Program-made: the position numbers and the translations under genes
Assembly: GCF_004010195.1 (NCBI RefSeq)
Contig: NC_057720.1
Coordinates: 32,763,383 to 32,827,382, forward strand
From: Chiloscyllium plagiosum
Taxonomy: Eukaryota
DNA: 64,000 nucleotides
Direction: 5' to 3'
Shown: in pieces, positions 1 through 12,661 of the stretch
Numbering within the stretch: the stretch's first letter is position 1
Layout of the letters: every line of letters begins with the position of its first letter
Notes under the pieces: generated by a model
The model's database searches: none
The model's input: only the letters and a program-made list of their open reading frames with translations
Told to the model about the DNA's origin: nothing

Positions 1-418
1 GGGAAAACTTTCAGACCCATCATCCGAGCTTTTGGGGTGATGAACATGATGAATGAGCACCACAGAACACATTACAACAATCTGTTTGCTCAAAATTTGA
101 AAAGTGCAGCTCAGGTTTACAAACTTTCACTACATTTGCACTATGCTTCAATTAATACATCGGTGCAGCCTGTTTAATTAGCCAAATGTGATCACATGGA
201 CATGCCCACATGCAGCTGATTTTACTATCAGTTAATGTATTTGAACAACAAGATTTTAATATAGAGTTTGCCGAGTCCAACCACAATTCAGGGGAGCTTA
301 AAATTACACTGTGGGATATTGGGATACAAGAGGTTTACTGCACCTACACAGAATTACTTAACACATTCACTTACATATCAGACAAATTAAATTGAATGTA
401 ATGCAATAGTCTATCAAT

Positions 419-2106
419 TTTTTTTGAAATATATTTATTAGCAGTTTTTTAAACTTTACAAACATATTAAATTATTGAAAAAAGTCAATCACAAATATCA
501 GTATAATAAAAAGAAAAAAACACAAATTACAATACAACTGCTATCTACTAACTACTAACCTACTCTATAATACAAAGCAAACTCTAACACTGTGCAAAGC
601 AACACCAAAAAAAAAAGAAAAGCACAAAAAAAACAAAATACAGTATAGCTATGCTCGACGCAAGGCTCCCAAACAAAGGAACGGGAGCATTGTATACATA
701 CCCGTATTAACTCGGGAGACCCTCTCCAGGGCCCAGGGCTTGACAAATCTAATCATCCTTGTTAAACAAACGCCCTAGTTAAGATAACTGATAAATCTAT
801 ATCCAAATAACTCAAGTAGGGCTGCCATGTCATATAAAAATTGTCTGTTGTGTGGTGCACTATGTTTGTAAGAAAGTCCAAGGGAATGTGCTCCACAATT
901 AATTTCTGCCATCCCAGCAAGCCCGGAGGGTTCTCAGACACCCAATTCATCAGAATATTCTTCCGTGCACAGTATGCAAGAATATTAAATAGTTTCTTCC
1001 CATGCCCGTCTAAAGATGGTAAATTCAGTAGACCTAAGAGGAGAGACATTGGGTCTACTTTGACTTCAGTCCTCAATACCCTTCCTATCTCTCCCGCCAC
1101 AGCACTCCAATAAACATGGAGCCTATGGCATGTCCAGAAGCAATGGGTAAGAGTACCTACACTTATTTTACATTTGGGGCACACACTGAAGATGCCCCTT
1201 TTTTAAACTTCACCAGACGGTCTGGTGCCAGATGAGCCCTGTGCAGAACTTTTAACTGCGTAGCACATATCCTGTTACAGATTGAGATCTTTCGAGTATT
1301 CTCCCATATGTTTTCCCATGTTTCAAAAGAGATCTCCACTCCCAGCTCTTGCTCCCAGACCTCTCATAACCGGTTAATATCCTGCTAGGCCCTGCCACCC
1401 AGCAGGCGATAGAGGGCACTAACCGAAAAGGAGCGTAGCAACATTCTCTCTGTATCGGGCTTATAGGGCTTAGTGAGAAGCGTAGTCTTCTTCTGGATGA
1501 AATCCCTAACCTTCAGGGAGCCTGACAATTCGGAGATTTATCCTCCGACCTCGATTTTCGAGGTCGTCGATATGGTTTTGCAAGGCCTGCGCCTCTTGCT
1601 CCAGCACCTGGATCCGACTGGAGGAGGACTCCATTGCAGCTCCCGAGACATTAGTTTGACCCTCCACCTCCTCCAGTCTCTCCCAAAGGCCCTGGATCTC
1701 CTGCTCGTGCTTCTGCAACATGGATACAATAGGTTGCACCTGGGCACGAATCTTCCCACGAATTTCCTCAATCGCAGCCGCAACTTTCAAGGTAAGTCTC
1801 TCCATCGCTGCAGCCAATTCCTGTGAGTTTGTCCGGTCCCTGGGGGTTCAGGAGAGACTGCTGCTGCAGTCTCTGGTGTGGTAGGTGCTGCAGGGGAGTG
1901 TCCTCCCTGTTGCTGTTTGCTTGCTTCTTTTCCCTTTGGCATTCTTCCCACTCCCAAATATTAAGAAATATGTGTTCTGTAAGATTTTAAACTAATATTT
2001 CCACCGCATAAGGTGGCCAGGGATGGCAAAAAACATTGGTATGCCTTGGCTGTTAGGCAGAGCTGTCTACAGCAGTCCTACAGAATCGCTGCCATCTTGC
2101 CGAGTC
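419..2106 (-). mobile_element. L1-clade LINE, both ends present, large internal deletion
   Basis: TSD CTATCAAT at 411-418 and 2107-2114. 5' AAGATGGC motif at 2091-2098. ORF1 N-terminus from ATG 1942 (one frameshift) to IDDLENRGRRINLRIVRLPEG. ORF2 C-terminus with zinc knuckle CPKC..TLTHCFWTC (762-1184). AATAAA at 434-439 and a short A-tail. Confidence 0.85.
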
Positions 2107-2154
2107 CTATCAATATTATTTAAGATTAAAGTACAAATAAGACTCCACATAAAG

Positions 2155-2395
2155 AATAGCAAAATGCGGTGCTGGTAAAGGACAGCAGATCTTGCCGCAT
2201 CAGACGAACAGGAGAGTCGACATTTCTGGCATAAGCCCTTAGTGTGTGTGTGACGAAATAGATGGGGAGTTGGGGCTGGTGGGGGGAAAGGTGGCTTGGA
2301 AGGTGATAGTAGATGCAGGTTGGGGGTGTTGGTGATAGATCGGAGCAGAGAGTGGAGTGGATAGGTGGGAAGGAAGATGGACAGGTGGAACCCAA
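2155..2395 (-). mobile_element. Degenerate Penelope-like 3' end fragment
   Basis: Similar to the elements at 16348 and 61124 (gtgctgg..aaa.cacagcag..gcatc..caggagagtcgacatttc.ggcataagccctt), followed by a GT/GGA-rich segment. Confidence 0.55.
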
Positions 2396-2969
2396 AGCAT
2401 CTAAAATGAACATCTTACTGACATAATCAATATAAAACAATTTATCACTTCTGTCATTAATATTTTAGTGAGCAACACATCCCTACTTGCAAAGCATATC
2501 AAGAATACATTTGGTGGCATTTATATTTCACGAACTCTGCAAAGTTAAAATCAAGTTGCACTAATGCTAAACCTGGACTATGAGGTGCTAAGGGACACAA
2601 TGACTCAAATAATGGTAAGTTAAACCATTTTTATCCCAATTAAGCCTTGATGTTGATTTTATAAATGCAACTATAGCATTGCATCAACTAAAATAGCACT
2701 ATGGCTGCGGCACAAAGTGGATAAATCTCCATAGCAGTAATTTAACATTCAGCCACTCTTGAAAAGTCAACATTATTTTAGACTTCAAAAAAGGATAGAA
2801 CACAATGTAATTTTAAATACATTATATAGTGAGTTTATCCAAATCTCTTCCCTCCGTTTTCCTTTTGAATATTATGTAAATGATAGGTTCCGTAAAATCT
2901 TATAGACAGAAAAAAAAAAGTTGGGAAGATTAGTTCTATGACTTCGATCAGAACGAACACACAATCCAC

Positions 2970-4702
2970 CCAATAATAACATGTATAGGATTAAACTAAC
3001 TTCATATATGAAACTTTGAGATGGAGCTAAACTCCACCATGTGAAAACAGGACCACAGGGGGACACCTCCCACCATGTACGCAGCAGGTACTCATGTGAC
3101 TTGACCAACGTTGTTTATCTCATACGCTGCAGGCAAGCTTACTCTGAGGCATGATACCTTGGTGAGACTGAGCAGAGGCTATGGCAACGGATGAATGGAT
3201 ACCGCAAAACAATCAACAGACAGGACTGGTACTTCCCAGTCGGGGAACACTTCAGCACTCTGGGACGTTCTACCTCGGACCTTCAGGTGACCATTCTCCA
3301 AGGCGGACTTCAGGACAGGCAACAATGTGGCTGAGAAGAGCTGATCATCAAGTTTGGTACCCATGAGAATGGCCTCAACCGGGATCTTGGGTTCATGTCA
3401 CACTTCAGGTGACCCCACTACACTACACACATTCACAGACAGACTAACACACATAGACACTCCTACAGACCGATATACTCACAGACCCTCTCTCATACAC
3501 TCACACATAAACTCCTACACACACCTTCTCACAGACTTATACCCCTTTACACTCACACACANNNNNNNNNNNNNNNNNNNNNNNNNNNNNNNNNNNNNNN
3601 NNNNNNNNNNNNNNNNNNNNNNNNNNNNNNNNNNNNNNNNNNNNNNNNNNNNNNNNNNNNNNNNNNNNNNNNNNNNNNNNNNNNNNNNNNNNNNNNNNNN
3701 NNNNNNNNNNNNNNNNNNNNNNNNNNNNNNNNNNNNNNNNNNNNNNNNNNNNNNNNNNNNNNNNNNGAGGCTATGGCAACGGATGAATGGATACCGCAAA
3801 ACAATCAACAGACAGGACTGGTACTTCCCAGTCGGGGAACACTTCAGCACTCTGGGACGTTCTACCTCGGACCTTCAGGTGACCATTCTCCAAGGCGGAC
3901 TTCAGGACAGGCAACAATGTGGCTGAGAAGAGCTGATCATCAAGTTTGGTACCCATGAGAATGGCCTCAACAGGGACCTTGGGTTCATGTCACACTTCAG
4001 GTGACCCCACTACACTACACTCATTCCCAGACAGACTAACACATATCGACACTCTTACAGACCGATATACTCACAGACCCTCTCTCATACACTCACACAT
4101 AAACTCCTACACACACCTTCTCACAGACTTATACCCCTTTACACTCACACACACTCATACACACCCCCACCCAACGCGCACACACGCACGCACGCTTGTG
4201 GGGTGAATTGGCATATGCAGAATTACATTTTAATTTGCTCAAAAACTGCAAGAATATATGTAAGATTCTGTAAATCCCCTTTTTAGATTAGAATCAGTCT
4301 GAACATTGGTGCACAGACAGCCTCACACAGGGCACCTCACACCTTCAATGCATTATCTGGGCCAACCTGGCACCTATTGTTAAAGTTCACTTGAGAATGT
4401 AACGTCAAGAAAGTTCTGGAATTGACGTATGAAAGAATGACGTATGAACCAACATGCCTATTCTAAAAGATGACAGACTTAACAAACAATCCAGGTCTTT
4501 TTCAATATATAATTTCAGTTACATCATACTGTAAACCTTTGCTATAAATTCTATGCCCTACAATCTTATATTCCACAACCACCTGTTGAAGGAACAGCAC
4601 TCTGAAAGCTAGTGCTTCCAAATAAGCCTGCTGGACTATAACCTAGTGTTGTGTGATTTTTAACTTTGTACATCCCAGTCCAACACTGGCATCGTCACAT
4701 CA
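2970..4702 (+). mobile_element. Penelope-like element 3' part (GIY-YIG endonuclease remnant, CA-rich UTR, hammerhead-like tail), partly duplicated across an N gap
   Basis: Translates NVVYLIRCRQ..YLGETEQRLWQRMNGYRK..PVGEHFS; tail CTGTTGAAGGAACAGCACTCTGAAAGCTAG (~4583-4612) matches the element at 42422. Confidence 0.8.
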
Positions 4703-5204
4703 AGGTCCACTATGAGCTGTGTGAAAGCGACCTAAAAAGTGACAGTTCCTTCAACATTGGAATGCAGCTTGTAGCATTGCCAATGCAATTTTGCAAATAA
4801 AAAAGCAGTAGTTAATCATTTGCATCTAGACCTCCGGCAGGGTAGATTAGGAAACACTGGTGTCCTCCACCACCATCTTGTGGACAAACATTGTTAATGA
4901 AATTTCTCATTCAGAAAATCTGTGTAACGGACTTCTCTTCACCTGACATCAACAACTAAAAGGACAAGACTGCAAACTTAAAGACAGGGAACTCCATGAA
5001 AGTATAGATGATTCTTCCACTTCTTAATTACACTCTAATTCTTTCTATTCTTTGACTCCTGTCTCATGAAGCTAACTGAAATAAAGGTTCCACAACGTAG
5101 CCTCTTCTGACTGAAATTTGCTTTTTAATTTTGTCTGTGATAAGGGTCCACTCAGTCTAGATCTTCACACATCACAGTTAACTGCTTAATTAAGAATAAA
5201 AAAG

Positions 5205-5335
5205 GTTGAATGTTCAAGACCTAGAAGTTCAAGGCTGCAATTTCTGAAGGTATGCTGAACTATTCTTTGACGGAGATGTTAAACCTATACCCTGACTGCC
5301 CTCTCAAATAAAATGTAAAGCATCTCAAAACATTA
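5205..5335 (+). mobile_element. Deu-domain SINE fragment
   Basis: GACGGAGATGTTAAACCTATACCCTGACTGCCCTCTCA resembles the recalled Deu core GATGAGACGTTAAACCGAGG..CTGCCCTCTCAGG. Confidence 0.45.
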
Positions 5336-7020
5336 CAAGATTCCTAACTTCTCACCCTGATGTAGTGAGTAACTCTTTTCCTGACACAATAAAGTTTCTC
5401 CACCATCTACAAGGCGCAAGTCAGGGGTGGAATGGTATACTTTGCACTTGCTTGCATGAAGTGCAGCTCCAACAACATGTAAGAGGTTGCACACCATCTG
5501 GGTCAAAGCAGCATGCTTGACTACGAACGCAGTGCCATTCAGGCCCCTTCGCCACTGACACTCAAAAACAAAAGGGAGTACAAGATGCACAGAAGAAATT
5601 CACTAAGGCTACTTAGACATTTCTCCACCCAAATCTCCAGACTATCCATACCCTGCTGTATCCTCTAGCAATCCTCCTCACTGTCCGTAGCTCCCTGAAT
5701 CTTTGTATCACCAAAAGAGATCATGTTAATTCTCCTCCAAATCATTTATATATTAGATATGTTAAAAATGACAGGGTCCCAGCACTGCTCCCTGTGGAAC
5801 ACCACTGGTCACAGATCTCCAGTCAGAAAAACACCCTTCCAACTTTACACCCTTCAAACCCGCAATCACCACCAACTAGAAAGACAAGGCCGGCAGCTAC
5901 ATGGGAACACTACCAACTGCAAGTTCCCCTCAAATCACACATCATTGACATCCTACTCAATATTTCAATCAATGCTGTGTGATCACTCTGATTGGCCTAC
6001 TCCTGCTCATATTTCCTATGTTTCTTGGATCGACTGAATAAATGGGTGTAAGTGTTTTTGAAAGAGCAAAATGGGCCAAGAAGAGATTTGATATTCCTTA
6101 AAATCTTGCAAGTTTTACATAAAGCAAATAAAAAGGAACAGTTTTCAGTGGTTGAATGATCAAAAAGTATCCACGTAAGCTTACTGTGTCTTGTGTTCCC
6201 TTGCCATTGACTAGGTATGATTTGAAATACATTTCCTTAAGGGTAGTGGAAGCAGATTCAATGCTAGGTTTCAAATAGGAATCAGATAAATACGTGAAGG
6301 GAAAGAATAGGATGAATGAGTGAATAGATCAACTTGACTGTGTTTTGAAAAATCCAGCATTGATATGTTGGACCAAATAGCCTCCTTCAAATATACTCTA
6401 CAAATCTGTGATCGGGGATGCCAAGTCCAGTACATATGGCTACATTATTCCACAGGATTATATCTGAGAAAAATGTTCCATTGCAACTGTACGATAAATG
6501 CATCATGTAAATACAAGCTTTGTTCGTGCAGCCAAACTATCTGTAAGGTTCATACATGAGCTCAGACCATTTGAAATAAACAGCAATAGACTCTAAAAGC
6601 TATGAAGTCATGATGTGATGATTCACACAGACTAAGAGAAGTTTGAAAAGTTGCAATAATTCCCCCAATGACTTACTAGTTTATGGCACCACTGGATGTG
6701 GTCTTATGCTAAGGTATCTAACCTCATAAGAGACAGCAATTAGAGTGCTACAATTGACTTCAATAACTTGTGGGAAGGACAACGAGAACAGCCGAGGCTC
6801 ATGAACTCTTACTCTAACATATGCACAGGCATATGTGAGCCTCAAGAGAGAAACAGTTTGGGCTTAGCTGACACTGCTAGATTAATGATAATGAGACTTG
6901 TGAAATAACGCACAAAATACTGACATTGTCCATTAAAATCCAAAGACTGACCTCTGGAAAAGGGAAAAAAAAAGAAAAAAACCAGGAATAGAAACTCTTG
7001 ATTAAATAGAAGCAACAAAC

Positions 7021-7092
7021 CTGGAATAGTTTGGCAGAAAAAGTGTACTGGAGCATGTGGAAGACTCTGGGAGAGCATCTGTTTTCTCTGAG
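7021..7092 (-). CDS. HECTD3: HECTD3 exon 20 (72 nt) with HECT catalytic Cys
   Basis: cag|C..AG|gtttgt; SEKTDALPESSTCSSTLFLPNYS (LP.S.TC...L.LP catalytic motif). Confidence 0.95.
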
Positions 7093-7537
7093 CTGTCAAA
7101 GAAACAATAGCAAATATTAACATATTGTAAAATTAAAAAAGAAATTCTATATAACATATAACTTATGCAACTTAGTTTATATTTGATGTAACACCTAGAT
7201 AAGCTCAATAAAATACTGCAAAAACCACAAGAGATGTTAATAACCCTGACCAGGGACAGAATTACCATGTGATGTATGTTAAACGACCACATAGAATACT
7301 AAGATATGTTCATTTCTCTCCCCTCCACACCAACCCAGATACACATCAACCCAGTCATCTTTCAGATCTGTTTACCTGGGTTAACAAGAGGTGGACTAAG
7401 GCTCAGAATCTTAGCTTTGTAAACTGAAGATCCTGATCCATCCTTACACAATGAGAGCACGGGTCTTATCTGACAATGAAATGTGGATCACTACCAGGTA
7501 TCCTGGCAATGTGAATAATGACATATTCCACAAGCAG

Positions 7538-7756
7538 AGCTGAAAAGTATGGCGTTGGAAAAGCACAGCAGATCAGGCAGCATCTGAGGACCAGGAGAAT
7601 CAACATTTCTGGCATAAACCCTTCATCAGGAATGATGAAGGGCTTATGCCTGAAACATCGATTCTCCTGTTCCTTGGATGCTCGCTGACCTGTTGCGATT
7701 TTCCAGTGCCACACTTTTCGACTCTGATCTCCAGCATCTGCAGTCCTCACTTTCTC
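7538..7756. mobile_element. Palindromic Penelope-derived mini-element with hammerhead cores
   Basis: Inverted arms centred at ~7630 (CCCTTCATCA ggaa TGATGAAGGG); 16-bp TSD CATATTCCACA(A/G)GCAG at 7522-7537 and 7757-7772. Confidence 0.8.
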
Positions 7757-8575
7757 CATATTCCACAGGCAGGACAATAAAACAGGGTATTAAAAAAAAT
7801 TGTTCATGGGTGTGAGTATCACTGGGTATGCCAGCACTTATTGGCTATCCCAAATTGCCCTTGAGAAGGTGGCGAATGGTCTTTTTAAGATGCTGTGGTA
7901 GTTCGTTGGGAGTGGGGTGCAGGGGCACGAATAATATTATTATCAGGGAGTCTCAGGATTTTAACCCAGAAAAGTAAATAAATGGCACCATAGCATCAAG
8001 TCAAGATGGTGTAATGGTGATGACAAGCTGTAATGTTCCTATGAATCTACTGTCTTTGTCCTGGTAGAGTTGAACGAAAAGTGGGAAATACTGAAAATAC
8101 ACAACTTAAATCAAGGGAAACAAAAAGAAGCAGTTCCAGTCTGATATGACTCTTCAGAAATGATCATTTTGTTCATCTCTCCACGGGCGCTGCCAGACCT
8201 ACCATGTTTCCCTAGCACTTTGTTTTTATTGTAGGCAAAATTAACAAATGAGACTTGAATTAATACAATCCAAATCCTGAGCCTGCATCCTGTTATCCCA
8301 CCATTTTTCATTTCTGCTCCACAGGTAGGCTCTGCAGTGAGTCTCCTCTAGTTACAACATCACCTGAAAGCACGCCCCACCAAATGAGATCAGTAATTTG
8401 TATCATGGCAGACTGACAGTGTAAATCACAACAACACTCCTCTGGAAAGCTTTTCATTTTTTCACTGTAGTTTTTTATATAGTTTCCAATTGAATGTAGG
8501 TCATTGATGGCAATCAACCAGCTCACTTTTGAAGTACCCAGGGTAAGTCACCATCCAACAATCTAATGTACTTAC

Positions 8576-8657
8576 CCTAACTTGTCTGGGTAGATGAATA
8601 TCGGAGCAGGCAGACGGCTTCTACCCGTAACAAACCTTAAGAATCGACTGCGATCCT
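8576..8657 (-). CDS. HECTD3: HECTD3 exon 19 (82 nt)
   Basis: cag|AG..GG|gtaagt; [26 protein letters not shown] (HECT FL.FVTG..RLP motif). Confidence 0.96.
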
Positions 8658-9437
8658 CTGAAAAATAAATTAGAGAGGAAACAGAAAAAAGAAGCATCGC
8701 CTGTTTTTCCCCACAATTGTCAAAAAGACTTTAATCTTTGTACTGCTATACTTAAACGCCAAATAGCAATGAGCAGTTTAGTACAACAGGCCATTTGTGC
8801 AAACAAGACAATGTCTACTAACAATACAAATCACAATTTTGTACTTTAGAGCAGTATTAAAACAAATCCCGCTCAACTGATTCATATTGGCCTGGATATG
8901 ATATTCAAATCCATAGCTGTTTGGGGCACATGCAGGCAAAAATCACACAGGGTTTTAAATGAGAAAAAAAAACTTGTTTACATCTTCAAATAAAGAGAGT
9001 ATCAACTTGATGGCTCCCCCCAAAATGTTGGCATGTCTGAAAATGTAACACACTCTCTTATTGCACTGCAGTGAGAGTCTGGAAAAGGTGCTCAAATCTC
9101 TGGTCAGAATACTCAAACCCCAGAGCACAATGTCCATGATAGCTATTATTGACCAGTAATTGTTATTTGTGTTTTTTTAAGGTGCATGAATTTCACTAAA
9201 TTTCAATATGCTCGTAGTGTAACATTTCAGAGGTAACAAAAGTGCTCCAACGTCTTTTACCTGTCACACACAGTGATAGCCACTTGGTCTAATGATCAGA
9301 ATAAATCTTATGTTAGACATGATACAAAATTTCCTCTAATCTTCAAACTAGAAAACAGGTAGGTATTACTCAGACTACGGACACTGGAAAAAGTTGGTTT
9401 AACCAACTAACAAGTAACTCTAAATGAGGCCACTTAC

Positions 9438-9512
9438 CATTTGTGAAATTTGTGAGCGCTTCCCAAAAATACTTGACTCTGGTATCAGACTGCTCCAATT
9501 CTTCAAAGCGAG
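9438..9512 (-). CDS. HECTD3: HECTD3 exon 18 (75 nt)
   Basis: tag|CT..G|gtaagt; [24 protein letters not shown]. Confidence 0.96.
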
Positions 9513-11850
9513 CTAAACAAAGAGAATAGAACAAACTATCGCACAAGTTTCTAATTCAACATTAGTACTATTTAATCAAAGTTTAAGTGTCTATATAGCT
9601 ATCATAGCAGCACTACAGGATATAGGGCAATTGGGGTTATTTCAACTGAGGCTTTAGTTTCAGTGGAAATAATCCCTGATGCTCATAACTGATTATCACA
9701 GTTAGGTCATACAATATATTTACTCATGCCTTGCTAAATTAACAGGTCTGCTCCAAACAACCTTAGCTTTCACAGAATGATATTTCCTGAATTGAAGAGA
9801 CATGGATAAAGGTTGATTTGTGGCATCCCAGAGAGAGACAGGAAATCAGTTTACCTTCCATATTGTGCCACATCAGATATTCCTGCTGTGATCCGTGCCA
9901 TCTTTGCAAGTGCAAAGTAGAGGCTCGATATCGCAGTTCATGCATAAAAATATAAATTGTGGGAAAAAAAAGTGCATTTTCTAGTAGTTATTTAAAGAGC
10001 AGCAACATAAAGGAATTGGGAGCAATTCACTCTCACTCTGATTCAGCTCAAGGTGTGTTGTATTGGGTATCTAAAATACAAAGCATGGGTAGCAGTTTTT
10101 ATAAGTTTTAGGAGCAATACTGCAGTTCACTGTGCAAAATAATCAAATGTAGAGTGAATGTATTTGGATTAAATACGTACTGCAAATCAGTTTGAAGAGA
10201 AACAAACATATATTATATCAAGTTAAGCACAATTTTAAAAAAAAAACACATTTTTATATCCCTCTTCCTACTTCAGGGAGTTTCCTTTAAATACTTGTTT
10301 TTTTGCTGTTGGAAGTTTACACTGTTTATTCATGATAGCTAAAAATGATGCAAAAAAAGGTGATTCTCCAAAAAAAAAGCAACTACCTTCACCATGTTAT
10401 GTAGAGCTTAAGTGCAGATAACCATCACTGAGTGAATTGCTCAATCATGTGCAGAACTATGGAAAATTTATTACCTGAATGATTGATCTGCACTATGTTT
10501 TTCAGAGCAAACTTTCCAGACTTTGTGCCTGCAGCTACAGCCAAGATCACAATTACAAGGCATCAATTCTGTAAAGATCTTATTGTATTTATTGTACCTC
10601 TGATTAACATATAGGACAAGCACAAAGTATATATGGGAGATGCAAGTTGTCCAATAATTACAATATTGAACCAGGAGATACTCCTTCCCAAGCAGAAATC
10701 TTAAGATATGGTCTAGTCTCTGCAACATTCACATTTGAATTTCTCTTGGTTACTTGATTTGTTGGGTGGGAAGGAAAACTGTACTGGGAAAAGAGGAAAG
10801 AAATCCCTCCACTATCTTTAGGACCTCACTACCTCCACATTCCTTAACTTGGAAATATTGCAACCTTGTTTCATTATTGATCAATCAAAAACTTGGAACT
10901 AACTCCATACTAAACAGTTCATGGGAGTACCTTCATTTCATGGATTAAATCAGTTTAAGAATTGCAGTGATTAAAACCAGACCCAGGTGGATCTCACTGA
11001 CTAAGAGATCCTTGATTTGGGGTTGTTAATGTGGGCCAATCAGGGAGCCCTGGTTGACAGATATAAACACGGGATCTAGGTGGGAGGGGCGGGGGCTTGC
11101 TGGGTCTGTATTGTCTGCACTTTTGTATGTAACGGTATTGTCTAATGTATAAATGTCATTGTCATTGTCTTGTCACACGTGGAACTGGGATTTGAGGTTT
11201 GTCCTCCTCCCTGTAAAATGGTTGAACGGTAGGGTTCGGGGCCTAGCTTTGCTGCTCCCCTCCCTTGTAAAACTGCTGTCTTTCGTGTACAGCTGTCAAT
11301 GTTTTTTGTAAATTGTTTTGTAACTTGTTTAATAAAATAAAAAAAAAAAATAAANNNNNNNNNNNNNNNNNNAAATAAACAGGAGATTCACATACACACC
11401 ATGGGTGCTGGGGAAAAAATAAGCACTACTGCATTTAGGTGGTAGTGTGGGGGTTAAAAGAAAAAAAAGGTGAATGTTCCTGGTGGTGGAATTTGAATAA
11501 AGATTGGTGCACTTTGTGTCTTCCACTGTGTCTCACACCTGCACACACACACCATGGGTGCTGGGGATAAAATAAGTACTACCGCACTTAGGTGGTAGTG
11601 TGGGGTTAAAAAAGAAAAAAAAAGAACAGGAGTGGCACACGGAGTGAAATTTAAAAAAAAAAGAAAAAAGAAAAAAAAACGGGATCTACCACCAAAGCTA
11701 TACTAAATCTACTCTAACTCCATTTTTCAACACTCCGCTTGAATGTTTGACATTTAATGACATGAATTATTTGTGCATATTTGCTTTATAACCCTTCAAT
11801 TCAAATAAATCCTGTAGTATTGTTCACATAAAAAAAAATAAACAGGGGAT

Positions 11851-12240
11851 CCCTGGTGTCCTTGGAGAAGGAGCACGCGGTGTCCACCAACACCCTGGAG
11901 TTGTTCAGGGAGAGGTGGGCGCCGCAGGGAGTGGAGTGCATCATTTCTCCCTCCAACTCTATTTTGATTTAGTCCCTACCCTCCCCTTCACTGTTTTGAT
12001 CACACAGCACTGCCCTTTGATGTGAAGGGCAGTGTTTGTCACTGGCCACCCGGGTGTTTTCCTATCTTCCTGGTGGTGGAATTTGAATAAAGATTTGTGC
12101 ACTTTGTGTCTTTCACTGTGTCTCACACCTGCACACACACACCATGGGTGCTGGGGAAAAAATAAGCACTACCGCACTTAGGTGGTAGTGTGGGGGTTAA
12201 ATTTAAAAAAGAAAAGTAAAAAAGAAACAAAAAAAACAAA
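11851..12240 (+). mobile_element. Tx1-like LINE 3' end (ORF2 C-terminus, 3'UTR, A-tail)
   Basis: VSLEKEHAVSTNTLELFRERWAPQGVECIISPSNSILI* resembles recalled Tx1-clade ORF2 C-termini (F..RW); two 3'UTR hairpins; A-rich tail. Confidence 0.7.
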
Positions 12241-12290
12241 CAGAAATGTTCCCCTCTTCCACGGTTACGAAAGAAACATAAACAGGGGAT

Positions 12291-12661
12291 CCCGGGTGTC
12301 CATGGAGAAGGAGCACGCGGTGTCCACCAACACCCTGGAGTTGTTCAGGGAGAGGTAGGCGCCGCAGGGAGTGGAGTGCATCATTTCTCCCTCCAACTCT
12401 ATTTTGATTTAGTCCCTACCCTCCCCTTCACTGTTTTGATCACACAGCACTGCTCTTTGATGTGAAGGGCAGTGTTTGTCACTGGCCACCCGGGTGTTTT
12501 CCTATCTTCCTGGTGGTGGAATTTGAAAAATGATTCGTGCACTTTGTGTCTTTCACTGTGTCTCACACCTGCACACACACATCATAGGTGCTGGGGAAGA
12601 AAATAAGCACTACCGCACTTAGGTGGTAGTGTGGGGGTTAAATTATAAAGGGAAAAAAAAA
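12291..12661 (+). mobile_element. Second near-identical Tx1-like 3' end
   Basis: Near-identical to 11851-12240; shorter copies of the same 3' end at ~11388-11469 and ~11476-11622. Confidence 0.7.

Noticed and set aside
3175..4150. ~390-bp direct duplication (3175-3561 versus 3767-4150)
   Set aside because: The copies abut either side of an N gap, end in a CA-rich tract and differ at only a few sites. Most likely an unmerged contig or allele overlap, although a Penelope tandem cannot be excluded without long reads.
1..7020. Search for the last HECTD3 exon (AKVCEEKLRYAAYNC..)
   Set aside because: No matching sequence found by eye; it is probably left of the window.
10475..10528. Possible 54-nt frame-preserving cassette exon (cag|..AG|gtaat) in intron 17; another frame contains KVCSEK
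   Set aside because: Weak polypyrimidine tract, no homology support, and it would interrupt the HECT domain; treated as chance.
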